Of a stretch of DNA of 64,000 nucleotides, positions 7,709-17,026 are shown one piece after another. The notes below the pieces were generated by a model. The model saw nothing but the letters and a program-made list of their open reading frames with translations, searched no databases and was not told the origin of the DNA. The position numbers and the translations under genes were made by a program. Position 1 is the first letter of the stretch, and every line of letters starts with the position of its first letter. The DNA comes from Candidatus Thorarchaeota archaeon (GTDB lineage: Archaea; Asgardarchaeota; Thorarchaeia; Thorarchaeales; Thorarchaeaceae): positions 21,497-85,496 of the forward strand of contig JAEOTX010000039.1 in NCBI GenBank assembly GCA_016839605.1, in the 5' to 3' direction.

Positions 7709-10436
7709 CTCCTATGTTTCGGAAGTGGGTATCGCCCACAGTTACAGTCAGCTCGTTACCGACATGTTCGTATGTCACCAGATAAATAAGTTCAGGACTC
7801 TTGGGATCCCTCAGATAAGCCCTAGTGGCGCGTGGCAACAGTTTTCCTAAACTTCTAATCTCCGTGTTGCGCAAATACTCAAGAAAGCCCTCCCCAATCT
7901 CTACTGTCAATTCGCCCGATGCTGCTGATGCTTCCGACAGCATCTGATTCAGGCTTTCTGCAAAGACTTGTTCCATCTTCTCTTGAGCCACATCCATACT
8001 ATTTAGCTTCTCGGTCAGTAGGTCTCGGAGATCGATGTAGTACTGCATTTCAGGTGGCGGTACAGGCTTCTCAGGAACTGGTATCTCCTCCATTTCTGGG
8101 AATTGATTATTCACCTCAACAATTCTAACATCGAGGGATTGTGGACGCTTCGGCTCAGTGAGTGGTGGATGAGGCTCAGTAAGTACTGGAGGAGGCTCAA
8201 TAGGTACTGGAGGAGACTCACCGAGTGCTGCAGGAGGCATTTCCTCAGGCAAAATCCTAGCAGCTTCCACATCTCTGCGATACTTCTCCATTTCATTATC
8301 GTAGCGGACCACATCTCTGCGATACTTCTCCATTTCGTCATCATAGCGGGCCTTCTCCTCATTGTACTGAGTTTCAGCAATGGTGATCGCCTCCGCCCGT
8401 TTCCTGTTATTTTCGCGGATGGGTTGATTCTCTGATTCAATGCGCCTGCAATTGTCTTCCCAATCCTCTACAATCAGCTGGTAGGCTTTCTCCTGCTGAT
8501 TAGCCTCGAAAGTGACCTTGTCAACTATGGCCTGCGCAGTCGAACCTAATCCAACCTTGTTATGCACAAATCTAAGAAGCGCCAAGAACTTCTCTGGCAC
8601 TTTCATCTGCGGTTCTACGGTCTCGAGATATCCTCTAATCCATGTGCGGGCCTCATCTCTCCATTCATCAGGCTTTTGAGTCATGCCTTCTATAAATTCG
8701 CCAATCTCCTTAGTTAAGTCAGCTCCTTCACTAATCACTTTGTCAATGACCCTTCTTACCAGTGTCTTTGAGAGGAGAGTATCAGCAACATTGGGAATGA
8801 TATTCAGAACAAGATCCTCGAATGTTTCCAGCATTGCGAGGATAGCTTTCCCATTCTCCGAGAGTTCCTGTGAGTCAGGTCCAGCTGCATACTTGCGGGC
8901 TATCTCGGATTTGGCGATTTCAGCTACATCACTAAATCCGACAAGATCCCAGACATCAATTCGTTCAAAGGCCTCCAGCATGTCCTTGTTAATAATGGCA
9001 AGAATTTCATCCAAGTTACGATACTCAGAGCCTTCGTAGGAAACCTTGTCGAAGATGGCGTTCATTTGGGAATGCAATTCAACATAGAATTTCTCAAAGA
9101 GCATTCTATCTGTGGCTTCAGTAGTGGACGATTTCATCTGTTCTTGGAATCTATTCAAGGCTGACAGGAAGGCTTGTCTTGCAGCTGTGACGATTAGAAA
9201 CTGATTCAATGCATCTGAGAAATAGCGAATTGTTCGCTTCGCGTAGAGGTTGAAGTACGACACTGTGCTTCCAAGCCGCCATGCTCTAACCTCAGAAATA
9301 TCATAGAAACCACGCTGAACTGATTTCATCAGCTCTTCTGTCATTGCCCGCGCAATGGTTTTTCTGAAACCAACGAACCAATCATCATGCATTTCAATCT
9401 GAGCCAAAATCTCAGCCTTATGGTCAGGCAAAGAGAGAGTCTTTCCCGATTTTACATGTTGCTCAGCAATCTTTTCGAATGACTCTACTGATTCAGAGAG
9501 CATTGATACGAACTCGCCAAGTTCTCTCTTGAATGAGTGCAAATCACGGAGGGCAATTTCACTGCGGCCGAGAAACTTAGAGAATATTCTAGTTGTGGCA
9601 GTTGCGATATCAACTTCCTCTATGCTGTATGCGTAGATATTCAACTCGTTTAGGATTGCTCGTCCCGTTTCAGGCACCTTGACAGCAATTGCTTCGAGAC
9701 CCCGCGGGGTTAATATTCTATGTTTGAAATGCTTGAGAACTGTGTCTTCGCTCTCTCGAGGCATGAAGAATTCGAGAAGAGTCCGGTCCATGACTTTGAT
9801 TCCTGGCGGGAGCAATGTGAAGTCTTCTCGAAAGTTCATTGTTACTGCGACTTCTTTGTCCACATGCTCAGGTTTGAGCTGAAGAGAATCCCAAGAAGCT
9901 TGAAAGCGTCTGTCCAGCATCTCAACGAAGATAACGCGATTTAGCCGATCATTGAATCTTCTGAGCACAGGGAGACCATGTGTTTCATAGCTCATTCCGT
10001 TGCTGATAACAGCACTCTCGATATCAGACATCTTCTTGGACAACGTCTGCATATGTTCGTCAATCCTGAATGGATCAACCGCTCCTTTCTCCCAGCTGAG
10101 AATAACAACGTGAGAACCAATCCCTTCTGAAGTTCCTCCAGCAACCACTAACTGTTCTGGAAGTACACCAGGACCCGGCGTTCGTTCCAAGTCCCATTCG
10201 AGAGAGAGAAGCTCGAGGCCCTCAGCATCCAAGAGAGCATCGCGGATAGCAAAAACAAGAGGAGCAATATTCATTGCAACTGTATCAGAATTCTCTTCCA
10301 TCATACTACCAGAGCCCACGGCACTACCCAAAGGATATCCCAGATTCGTAGTAGTACCAAGAACAGAAGCAGAGGCCATTCTAATGGCTTCTACTGTGCT
10401 CGGAGTGTCGACTTTCTTGTCTGACCGACTCATCAT
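7701..10436 (-). CDS. Large hypothetical protein (911 aa) with coiled-coil regions, a 14-aa x2 tandem repeat (RYDDEMEKYRRDVV / RYDNEMEKYRRDVE) and a Pro-rich PPV/PLTEP linker
   Basis: Long ORF. Internal repeats are visible at both the DNA and protein level. No family recognised. Confidence 0.7.
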   Translation of the reverse strand: MMSRSDKKVDTPSTVEAIRMASASVLGTTTNLGYPLGSAVGSGSMMEENSDTVAMNIAPLVFAIRDALLDAEGLELLSLEWDLERTPGPGVLPEQLVVAGGTSEGIGSHVVILSWEKGAVDPFRIDEHMQTLSKKMSDIESAVISNGMSYETHGLPVLRRFNDRLNRVIFVEMLDRRFQASWDSLQLKPEHVDKEVAVTMNFREDFTLLPPGIKVMDRTLLEFFMPRESEDTVLKHFKHRILTPRGLEAIAVKVPETGRAILNELNIYAYSIEEVDIATATTRIFSKFLGRSEIALRDLHSFKRELGEFVSMLSESVESFEKIAEQHVKSGKTLSLPDHKAEILAQIEMHDDWFVGFRKTIARAMTEELMKSVQRGFYDISEVRAWRLGSTVSYFNLYAKRTIRYFSDALNQFLIVTAARQAFLSALNRFQEQMKSSTTEATDRMLFEKFYVELHSQMNAIFDKVSYEGSEYRNLDEILAIINKDMLEAFERIDVWDLVGFSDVAEIAKSEIARKYAAGPDSQELSENGKAILAMLETFEDLVLNIIPNVADTLLSKTLVRRVIDKVISEGADLTKEIGEFIEGMTQKPDEWRDEARTWIRGYLETVEPQMKVPEKFLALLRFVHNKVGLGSTAQAIVDKVTFEANQQEKAYQLIVEDWEDNCRRIESENQPIRENNRKRAEAITIAETQYNEEKARYDDEMEKYRRDVVRYDNEMEKYRRDVEAARILPEEMPPAALGESPPVPIEPPPVLTEPHPPLTEPKRPQSLDVRIVEVNNQFPEMEEIPVPEKPVPPPEMQYYIDLRDLLTEKLNSMDVAQEKMEQVFAESLNQMLSEASAASGELTVEIGEGFLEYLRNTEIRSLGKLLPRATRAYLRDPKSPELIYLVTYEHVGNELTVTVGDTHFRNIGGV
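8269..8352. repeat. In-frame 42-bp tandem direct repeat (2 copies, about 88% identical) inside the 911-aa CDS
   Basis: acatctctgcgatacttctccatttcattatcgtagcggacc and acatctctgcgatacttctccatttcgtcatcatagcgggcc read directly from the sequence. Confidence 0.9.
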
Positions 10437-10525
10437 AAGACCGCCTAGCTATGAAGCAACATCTAGGTTGGAATAAGAGGACACTGTCAGGCTGATTATT
10501 GAATGTAGCTCGAATGGCCTCAATC

Positions 10526-11470
10526 CTATTTAGGCGACCATACTCCCTTGTCATCTGTCCTGACTAAGCCAGCTCTCTGGAAACCCTGAAGCACGGCCGT
10601 GATTGTTGTGACTAGCAGAAATTCGTAGCTCTGTGGGACAGGTATGCTTCGTGACTGCCTGATATCAAAGACCAGTTGCTCAACATCTGCTTCATTCCTG
10701 GCTTCGAGATGCTGAAGAATGCTGTCTTGAAAATGAATGACACCATCTCCGACTTGTTCAATAAGAAGACGGACGTCTTCAAAGAGATGAGGAATATCAT
10801 GAGCTGGAAGAAGGTAATCAGCTCCAAGCGACTTCATTGTCGACAAGGCGGTGCTTCTTGCAGACATACTCCCGCTTAGATCCAGGTAGAACTTCCGGGG
10901 ATCATTAGGAAAGTTGCTAGCTTCATCTCCTGTAAACAGAACCTTGTTTGCTCTGTCATGGAATACACAATGCCCTGCACTATGGCCTCCTGTATGAATT
11001 ACATGCAGAGTGACATCTCCTACATTTACAGTGTTACCATCACGGAGCAGCCTGAAAGGTTCTACACCCTTATAATTCACTCTAAGAGGTCCCCTGTCGA
11101 CCTTCATTGTCATCCGCTCCGCGACATCAAGAAACATCCGCTCTTTCAGAAAGAGCTGAGGGTCTTCAAGAATGGGACCATCCTTTTCACCTATGAGCAC
11201 GGGTGCGCCTGTAGTTTTCTTTAATCTATGTGCGCCTCCAACATGATCTGGATGGCCGTGAGTACAGAGGATGCCTACGACATCACCAGGACCAAGACCT
11301 ATGTCGCGAAGGAGTTGAATAATGTTATCTCCGGGATCTCCCGCAGTTCCAGGATCGATTACCAGTGCACTCTCGTCGCTCACCACAACGTACGATGAGA
11401 TGAAACCGAACTCGTCTGCGAATTTTCCCCTAATCATGTAGACTCCCGGAATGATCTCTGAGGCTGCCAT
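10526..11470 (-). CDS. MBL-fold metallo-hydrolase (glyoxalase II / beta-lactamase-like)
   Basis: HGHPDHVGG (the HxHxDH motif), downstream His residues (HTGGHSAGH) and Asp (TGDE...), consistent with the MBL superfamily. Confidence 0.8.
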   Translation of the reverse strand: MAASEIIPGVYMIRGKFADEFGFISSYVVVSDESALVIDPGTAGDPGDNIIQLLRDIGLGPGDVVGILCTHGHPDHVGGAHRLKKTTGAPVLIGEKDGPILEDPQLFLKERMFLDVAERMTMKVDRGPLRVNYKGVEPFRLLRDGNTVNVGDVTLHVIHTGGHSAGHCVFHDRANKVLFTGDEASNFPNDPRKFYLDLSGSMSARSTALSTMKSLGADYLLPAHDIPHLFEDVRLLIEQVGDGVIHFQDSILQHLEARNEADVEQLVFDIRQSRSIPVPQSYEFLLVTTITAVLQGFQRAGLVRTDDKGVWSPK

Positions 11471-11585
11471 CGTTGTGGTGGTAAAGGGACCATTCCTTAT
11501 GATGATATCGTAGGTCAGTGACGCTTATCAGCCGAAGTGTTGAGGCTATCATCAATGTAAACGAACTACTTGAGGAACCTACTCA

Positions 11586-12038
11586 ATGAAAGGAGTCTAT
11601 GCGCTTGTCATCTTCATTCCAGATGACATTGATGTACGAATTGGTGCGCTTGGAACACAAAGGTTCGAAGCAAGCATATGGGTCTATGTCGGATCAGCAT
11701 TTGGGAATGGATCAACCAGTCTTGAACATCGCATACGAAGACACTTCTCTCAGGAGAAGAAGATACATTGGCACATTGACCTGCTAATGGAGGTCACCGG
11801 ACCACCTACCCGCGTTATTTGGTCGGAATCTGATAGGAAGAGAGAATGCGAGATTGCCAATAAGCTGGGACAACATGCAGATTTCATTGAGGGGCCTAAA
11901 GGATTTGGTTCGTCTGACTGCAAAGCAAAATGCGGAACTCATCTTTTCAGACATAATGGAAGGAATACATTGATGGCTATGGAGCAGCTGTTTGAAGAGA
12001 TAGGTCTTGAGCCTCGGTCATTAGAGGACTTGTCCTGA
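11586..12038 (+). CDS. DUF123 family protein (GIY-YIG nuclease superfamily, Uri-like)
   Basis: MKGVYALVIF...YVGSAFGN...RIRRH matches the characteristic DUF123 N-terminal GxY, YVGSA and RH pattern. Confidence 0.65.
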   Translation: MKGVYALVIFIPDDIDVRIGALGTQRFEASIWVYVGSAFGNGSTSLEHRIRRHFSQEKKIHWHIDLLMEVTGPPTRVIWSESDRKRECEIANKLGQHADFIEGPKGFGSSDCKAKCGTHLFRHNGRNTLMAMEQLFEEIGLEPRSLEDLS

Positions 12039-12112
12039 GGGTGAAGCATTACACAGGTGGCAAGTGTTAAATGGCTCAAACATGATGGACAGTATCCACT
12101 GGAGGAAATGCC

Positions 12113-12325
12113 TTGCCAAACTGGAAGGAAATATTCACAAACCTCAATGAAACCCAGCAGACCTTCACAGTGTATCTGCGCTACACACAGAAAGATACAC
12201 TGGCGAAGATTCTGAACGTTCGAGTCTTTGAAGTCCATGATGACTACGTGAAGCTAGAGAATCCTAGCGGGTTTGGAATCCTTGCCTACGAGGATGTACT
12301 CTACATCGTGATACCAAAAACCTAG
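12113..12325 (+). CDS. Hypothetical small protein (70 aa)
   Basis: Complete ORF in a 370-bp gap immediately upstream of the 323-aa gene on the same strand. No family recognised. Confidence 0.3.
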   Translation: MPNWKEIFTNLNETQQTFTVYLRYTQKDTLAKILNVRVFEVHDDYVKLENPSGFGILAYEDVLYIVIPKT

Positions 12326-12415
12326 GCCATTGTGGCGGAGCATAAATCCATATACGGTGAACCTTTTTAACAACGCAATTCAGAGAAGGTTCAGACAAGA
12401 AGTATCGTCTGATAG

Positions 12416-13387
12416 GTGACAATTCCTATGTCAGCTCCAGTATTCATCCCAATAGAAGGAGAGCGTGTTGTAGCACAAGCTGCGGAGTCCGTAATCAGCA
12501 ATTACAGATTTGCTCAGTTTGATAGAGGCTCCAACACAACTGTCAGTGTTCCACTTCACATTATCAAAGAATACAAGCTCACACCGAGATCTGCTATGTT
12601 CAAAGTTGTGAATGGAATAATCAACGTAATTGGAGCTTTGCCCCAAAGAGAGGAACTGCGCGGTGCGCTGGGGCTTGGAGAGTTCGAGCATCTAAATGCT
12701 GGCGACCAGAGAAAGCTCTGTGAAGTCTGCGGTGTACCATTCGTTCATCCAGACCACCCGTATAATAGATGGACAAGCACCGGTTACCATCGCAGATTCT
12801 CAAGGCACTTCTACCAGACATTTGCATGGCTAAGAGGAGAGTCTGTCTTCACATATTGGCCAGACGCGTTCATTCTAACTAACTATCGCCTCTACATCTT
12901 CGATGATAGGAAGAAGAAGATGTACATGTTTCCTCTCCACATGGTAGAAACCTTCGAAGCTCGGAAGAATAGATTGAAGATTAAGGCAACTTCGGGTGAG
13001 TTCGATATTAGAGGAAAGGTCCCAAGACAAGATCATCTTGTGCAGATGTGGCAGCAAAGAGGCTGGGACGATCTTGCTAAGGACTATCTTGACTGGTTAA
13101 TCAGGCCATTCAACTATATCAATCCAAGACATCCACTGTCACAATACACTTACAGTGATTCCGCTTCAGTAGCAACTCAGATTGCACAGGAAACAAAAGA
13201 AGAGGCTCAAGTCAGCTCGGCACAGGCAGGTGCTGCTGGGACAGTCTTTGTCAAACCAATCATTAAGAATCGGTGTGACCATTGCAACGCACCTATGTCG
13301 TGGGAGTCTATTGATTGGACAGGTCCTGATCAATATGCATGTCCAAGCTGTGGCAATACTCATAGAGTGGACTACGTTCGCATGTGA
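12416..13387 (+). CDS. Hypothetical protein with two zinc-ribbon motifs flanking a PH/GRAM-like (bacterial-PH-like) beta region
   Basis: CEVCGVPFVHPDH near the middle and CDHCNAPMSW...CPSCGNTH at the C-terminus. The central region LTNYRLYIFDDRKKKMYMFPLHMVETFEARKNRLKIKATSGEFDIRG resembles GRAM/bPH_2 domains (TNxRLiF...i.l..i..v......L.I....G). Confidence 0.6.
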   Translation: MTIPMSAPVFIPIEGERVVAQAAESVISNYRFAQFDRGSNTTVSVPLHIIKEYKLTPRSAMFKVVNGIINVIGALPQREELRGALGLGEFEHLNAGDQRKLCEVCGVPFVHPDHPYNRWTSTGYHRRFSRHFYQTFAWLRGESVFTYWPDAFILTNYRLYIFDDRKKKMYMFPLHMVETFEARKNRLKIKATSGEFDIRGKVPRQDHLVQMWQQRGWDDLAKDYLDWLIRPFNYINPRHPLSQYTYSDSASVATQIAQETKEEAQVSSAQAGAAGTVFVKPIIKNRCDHCNAPMSWESIDWTGPDQYACPSCGNTHRVDYVRM

Positions 13388-13398
13388 TGTCAGACCAG

Positions 13399-15312
13399 CT
13401 ATGGATACTTAGCTGTCCACTCCAAGGACAGTCTACGAATGGTCTCATTAGTGGGAAGCCCTGTTTCCAAGTCCCAACCTCTAAGTCTGTAATAGTCATC
13501 AAGCATCGGTTCTAGGTCCACCACTTGCCCCTTTCCGGGGCCTTCAGGCATCGGTTCGTCAGTGAAACGAGAGGGGAGGTTATCATCCTTACGTGAAATA
13601 CCTTCACGCGCATTGAATATCCGTTTTAGATTGACTTGTCTTTCAGCAATCTCAGTGAGAGTGTCTACACTACCAAACTCTTTGACACCAGTTGCCAAAG
13701 GCAGCATGTCGGCAAAGTCCTGCATCCAGAATATCGGTGGCCACGAGACCGAATACCAACAGACAATCAGTGTGTCACGGATACAATAGCTGTTCTCTGA
13801 CTCAAAGACAGCATTTGCTTTGTGTTTCTCGGTGTATGGGTCAATAATCTCGGGTAGCTTATCAGCGCCCCAGCGTTCTGCAGCTATGTCTTCATATCCC
13901 AGCTGATCCACGACTACGAGGCTTCTGAGATGATCAGCTCCACGAGCGCCCGTCGCATGCCCTAGACCAATACTCCGATGAGTTCGTCCATCCTGACCTG
14001 AAATCTCCATCCCTTTCACATGAAGAGCATATTGTTCTGCGCCCTTACCGATCTTTGCTGCAGCCTTTGCACTCCCTTCTGCAAGAATATCGCCAAATCC
14101 TTCACGTCGCCCCATCATCTCTAGCAGACGGATGGTCATCTCACGATCGCCCCATTCCAGACGAAGTCCACCAGTGTCTTTCTCGTCGATTATTCCGTTT
14201 TCAAATGCCTCCATGGCAAAACCAATTGTTGCACCAGCCGAAATTATGTCCATTCCATATCTATTGCATACCTGATTGGCCTTGAGCGTAGTTGGATAAT
14301 CATCAATGCCAAGAGAGCTGCCAAATGCCATGAGTCCTTCATACTCGGGGCCTTCCTCGAGGGTGCCTGCAAAAAGTCCCTCGCGCACATAGTTCATCTT
14401 CTTACAGCCAAGACTGCATCCAAAACAGGCTCTGTCAGAGATAGTGTATCGTGGACGAATATAACCTGCTGAAAGCTTTTCCCATCCAGAGAATACCCCA
14501 GTTCTATGATTATACGTGGGTAGTTCTCCTATCTCTTGCTTCACAGCGGTTAGAATCCACGTACCCCAACGGCCCATTTCCTGGGCTTGTGGATTTTCTC
14601 TGACTCTCTGATGTGCCCTTTTCGCCAATTCAGTAAAACCCTCGTGGTCATGCACCTCTACAGAGCCAGTTCCTCTAATCGCAATGGCTTTTACGTTCTT
14701 AGAGCCTAGAACAGCTCCCATTCCTGTTCTGCCTGCAGCTCTAGCATTATTCACGATGACGGCAGCGAATCGGACTTTGTACTCCCCCGCTGGGCCGATA
14801 GCAGCTACCTGAATTTCAGGGTCCTTGTGCCTATCCTTTATTGCTGCTGTGACATCGTTGGTCGTCATTCCCCAGAGATCACTAGCATCAATAATCTGAA
14901 GGTCATTGTCTTCTATGAGAATGTACACAGGCTTTTCAGCCGCACCCTCGACGACTAGCATATCATATCCCGCATATTTCAGCTCAGGTCCAAGAAATCC
15001 TCCCACATGAGATTCACCCCAAATGCCAGTAAGAGCCGCTTTTGACACAAATACAGTCCTGCCACTCATTGGCCATAATGTACCAGTAATGGGACCTGTT
15101 GCAATCAGGAGCTTGTTCTCAGGACTGAGTGCATCAATCTGTCCAGGTACTTCCTCGTATAAGAGCCGGGCTGCAAAGCCGTCACCTCCAATGTATTCAC
15201 GAATCCATTCTGTAGGGAGCGATTCAGTCCTAAAATCGCCGGCATCAAGAAGCACACGGAGAATCTTACCAGTATAGCCTCCATATTTCATTTCAGCTCT
15301 CTCCGCTGGCAC
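13399..15312 (-). CDS. aor: Tungsten-containing aldehyde:ferredoxin oxidoreductase (AOR family)
   Basis: N-terminus MKYGGYTGKILRVLL...IGGDGFAARLL...LSPENKLLIATGPITG...AGYDMLVVEGAAEKPVYILIEDN follows the AOR N-terminal domain almost residue for residue. Length is 637 aa. Confidence 0.9.
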   Translation of the reverse strand: MPAERAEMKYGGYTGKILRVLLDAGDFRTESLPTEWIREYIGGDGFAARLLYEEVPGQIDALSPENKLLIATGPITGTLWPMSGRTVFVSKAALTGIWGESHVGGFLGPELKYAGYDMLVVEGAAEKPVYILIEDNDLQIIDASDLWGMTTNDVTAAIKDRHKDPEIQVAAIGPAGEYKVRFAAVIVNNARAAGRTGMGAVLGSKNVKAIAIRGTGSVEVHDHEGFTELAKRAHQRVRENPQAQEMGRWGTWILTAVKQEIGELPTYNHRTGVFSGWEKLSAGYIRPRYTISDRACFGCSLGCKKMNYVREGLFAGTLEEGPEYEGLMAFGSSLGIDDYPTTLKANQVCNRYGMDIISAGATIGFAMEAFENGIIDEKDTGGLRLEWGDREMTIRLLEMMGRREGFGDILAEGSAKAAAKIGKGAEQYALHVKGMEISGQDGRTHRSIGLGHATGARGADHLRSLVVVDQLGYEDIAAERWGADKLPEIIDPYTEKHKANAVFESENSYCIRDTLIVCWYSVSWPPIFWMQDFADMLPLATGVKEFGSVDTLTEIAERQVNLKRIFNAREGISRKDDNLPSRFTDEPMPEGPGKGQVVDLEPMLDDYYRLRGWDLETGLPTNETIRRLSLEWTAKYP

Positions 15313-15823
15313 TAGATGCCTCAGCTGTGCGCTGGATCTCTTTGAGGTAGCTTAGAATCTTGGAGTGGCGGTCAACTGCTTGAACTTTTGATGCAGGACC
15401 GTATATTATAGCACCAGTTGGACATACCTTGGCACATTCAGGGTCTCCATCGCAATGATTACACTTGATAATCCTCATGCGTTCGGTATCCAAGAGAATC
15501 ACCCCATTGACACATGCACCAACACAAGACTTGCAAAGAATGCATTTGTCCTCCTCGAGGAATGTCATCTTCGAAATAGGATCGCGCCGCATGGCATAGA
15601 CCGGACAGATATCAACACAGGGTGCAGTCTCACATGGACCACAGACGTTGGGAATATCAACGCCAATATCGTCATATTTGATGATCTTGAGCCGTGCTAA
15701 GCTAGGCTGGAATTTGCCTTCGTGTTTTGCGGAGCAAGCCAACTCACACATTCGGCACCCAGTACATTTGGTGAAGTCAACAGATAATTGTGATGTCAGA
15801 CAGGCCACCTCAGGAGTCAACAT
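15293..15823 (-). CDS. 4Fe-4S ferredoxin-domain protein (multi-cluster), likely AOR electron-transfer partner
   Basis: Multiple CxxCxxCxxxCP motifs (CTGCRMCELAC, CGPCETAPCVDICP, CILCKSCVGAC, CNHCDGDPECAKVCP). The 3' end overlaps the AOR start by 20 nt. Confidence 0.8.
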   Translation of the reverse strand: MLTPEVACLTSQLSVDFTKCTGCRMCELACSAKHEGKFQPSLARLKIIKYDDIGVDIPNVCGPCETAPCVDICPVYAMRRDPISKMTFLEEDKCILCKSCVGACVNGVILLDTERMRIIKCNHCDGDPECAKVCPTGAIIYGPASKVQAVDRHSKILSYLKEIQRTAEASSASGES

Positions 15824-15870
15824 GACTGCATAGTAGCGGAAAAAGCTTCCTGATTGACTTTTTGTAACGG

Positions 15871-16974
15871 CTAAACCTCAATTACCCATCCATATGGGTC
15901 TTCTCGCTCTCCTGACTGTATACCAACAATTTCATCATAGAACTTCTGAGTTGTTGGACCAATTCCACCGGCCCCAACAGTATAGGGAGTGTCTTTATAG
16001 TGAAGGGTTCCGATAGGCGCAATTATCGCCGCAGTACCACACCCAAAAATCTCCTTGACTTTCCCATCTTTCAGACCGCTCATTACCTCATCGATTGAAA
16101 TTCTACGCTCTTTTACGTTCAATCCCCAGTCGGATGCGATTTGTAACACTGAGTCGCGTGTGATGCCAGAAAGGATTGTACCACCTAGGGGAGGCGTTGC
16201 TATTTCGTCATCAAACATCACAAAGATGTTCATAGTGCCAACTTCCTCCAAATACTTCCGCTCATGAGCATCAAGCCACAAGACCTGCGAGTAACCTGCA
16301 CGATTAGCTTCTGTCCCAGCCAGCAATCCTGCTGCATAGTTCCCCATTGTCTTTGCAGTTCCTATGCCACCCTGCGCCGCTCTAACATGTCTGTCAGCAA
16401 TCATTATGCTAACTGGGTTGAATCCTTCTTTGAAGTAGGGACCAACAGGACTCAGAATGACATAGTATAGGTACTCCGTGGAGGGTCTGACACCAAGCTT
16501 TGGTTCTACACCAATCAGAGTTGGGCGAATATATAATGAACTTCCGGGCACTTGAGGAACCCAATCACGCTCAATATGGATGAGTTTCTTCAGCGACTGC
16601 AAAGCAAAGTCATTGTCCAGTGTGGGCATCACCATTCGCTCAGCTGACAAGTTCAGCCGCTCGATGTTCTTGTCAGGCCGAAACAGAAACACCCTCTCTC
16701 CTCGTCTATAGGCCTTGAGGCCTTCGAAGACTCCTTGACCATAATGGAGAACCAGAGCTGCCGGGCTGAGCGATAGGGACTGGAAAGCACCAATCATAGG
16801 ATTTTTCCATTTTCCGTTTGAGTAATTCATTGAAAACATATGGTCCGTGAACACTGTGCCAAAGGCTACACTCAGAACATCAGCTGGCTTGGATTTGCGT
16901 TTCTCCACTGGAACAAGATCAATCCCCAAATCCATCATTGTTCCCTCAATCCATGCTCTATTCAACCTCCTCAT
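15871..16974 (-). CDS. ilvE: Branched-chain amino acid aminotransferase (PLP fold type IV)
   Basis: FTDHMF...YGQGVFEGLKAYR...FRP..N..RL..SA.R. These are hallmark BCAT motifs. Length is 367 aa. Confidence 0.9.
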   Translation of the reverse strand: MRRLNRAWIEGTMMDLGIDLVPVEKRKSKPADVLSVAFGTVFTDHMFSMNYSNGKWKNPMIGAFQSLSLSPAALVLHYGQGVFEGLKAYRRGERVFLFRPDKNIERLNLSAERMVMPTLDNDFALQSLKKLIHIERDWVPQVPGSSLYIRPTLIGVEPKLGVRPSTEYLYYVILSPVGPYFKEGFNPVSIMIADRHVRAAQGGIGTAKTMGNYAAGLLAGTEANRAGYSQVLWLDAHERKYLEEVGTMNIFVMFDDEIATPPLGGTILSGITRDSVLQIASDWGLNVKERRISIDEVMSGLKDGKVKEIFGCGTAAIIAPIGTLHYKDTPYTVGAGGIGPTTQKFYDEIVGIQSGEREDPYGWVIEV

Positions 16975-17026
16975 AAAGTCTAGGTATTATCCAGATGTGT
17001 GAATCATTTATTAGTAAAACTCGGAA

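Noticed and set aside
8103-8440. Mutually antisense 110-aa and 109-aa ORFs with repeated peptides (ISAILLHF... / MKWRSIAEMW...)
   Set aside because: They are generated by the in-frame tandem DNA repeat inside the 911-aa gene. Any frame through a repeat yields a repeated peptide, so they are not independent genes.
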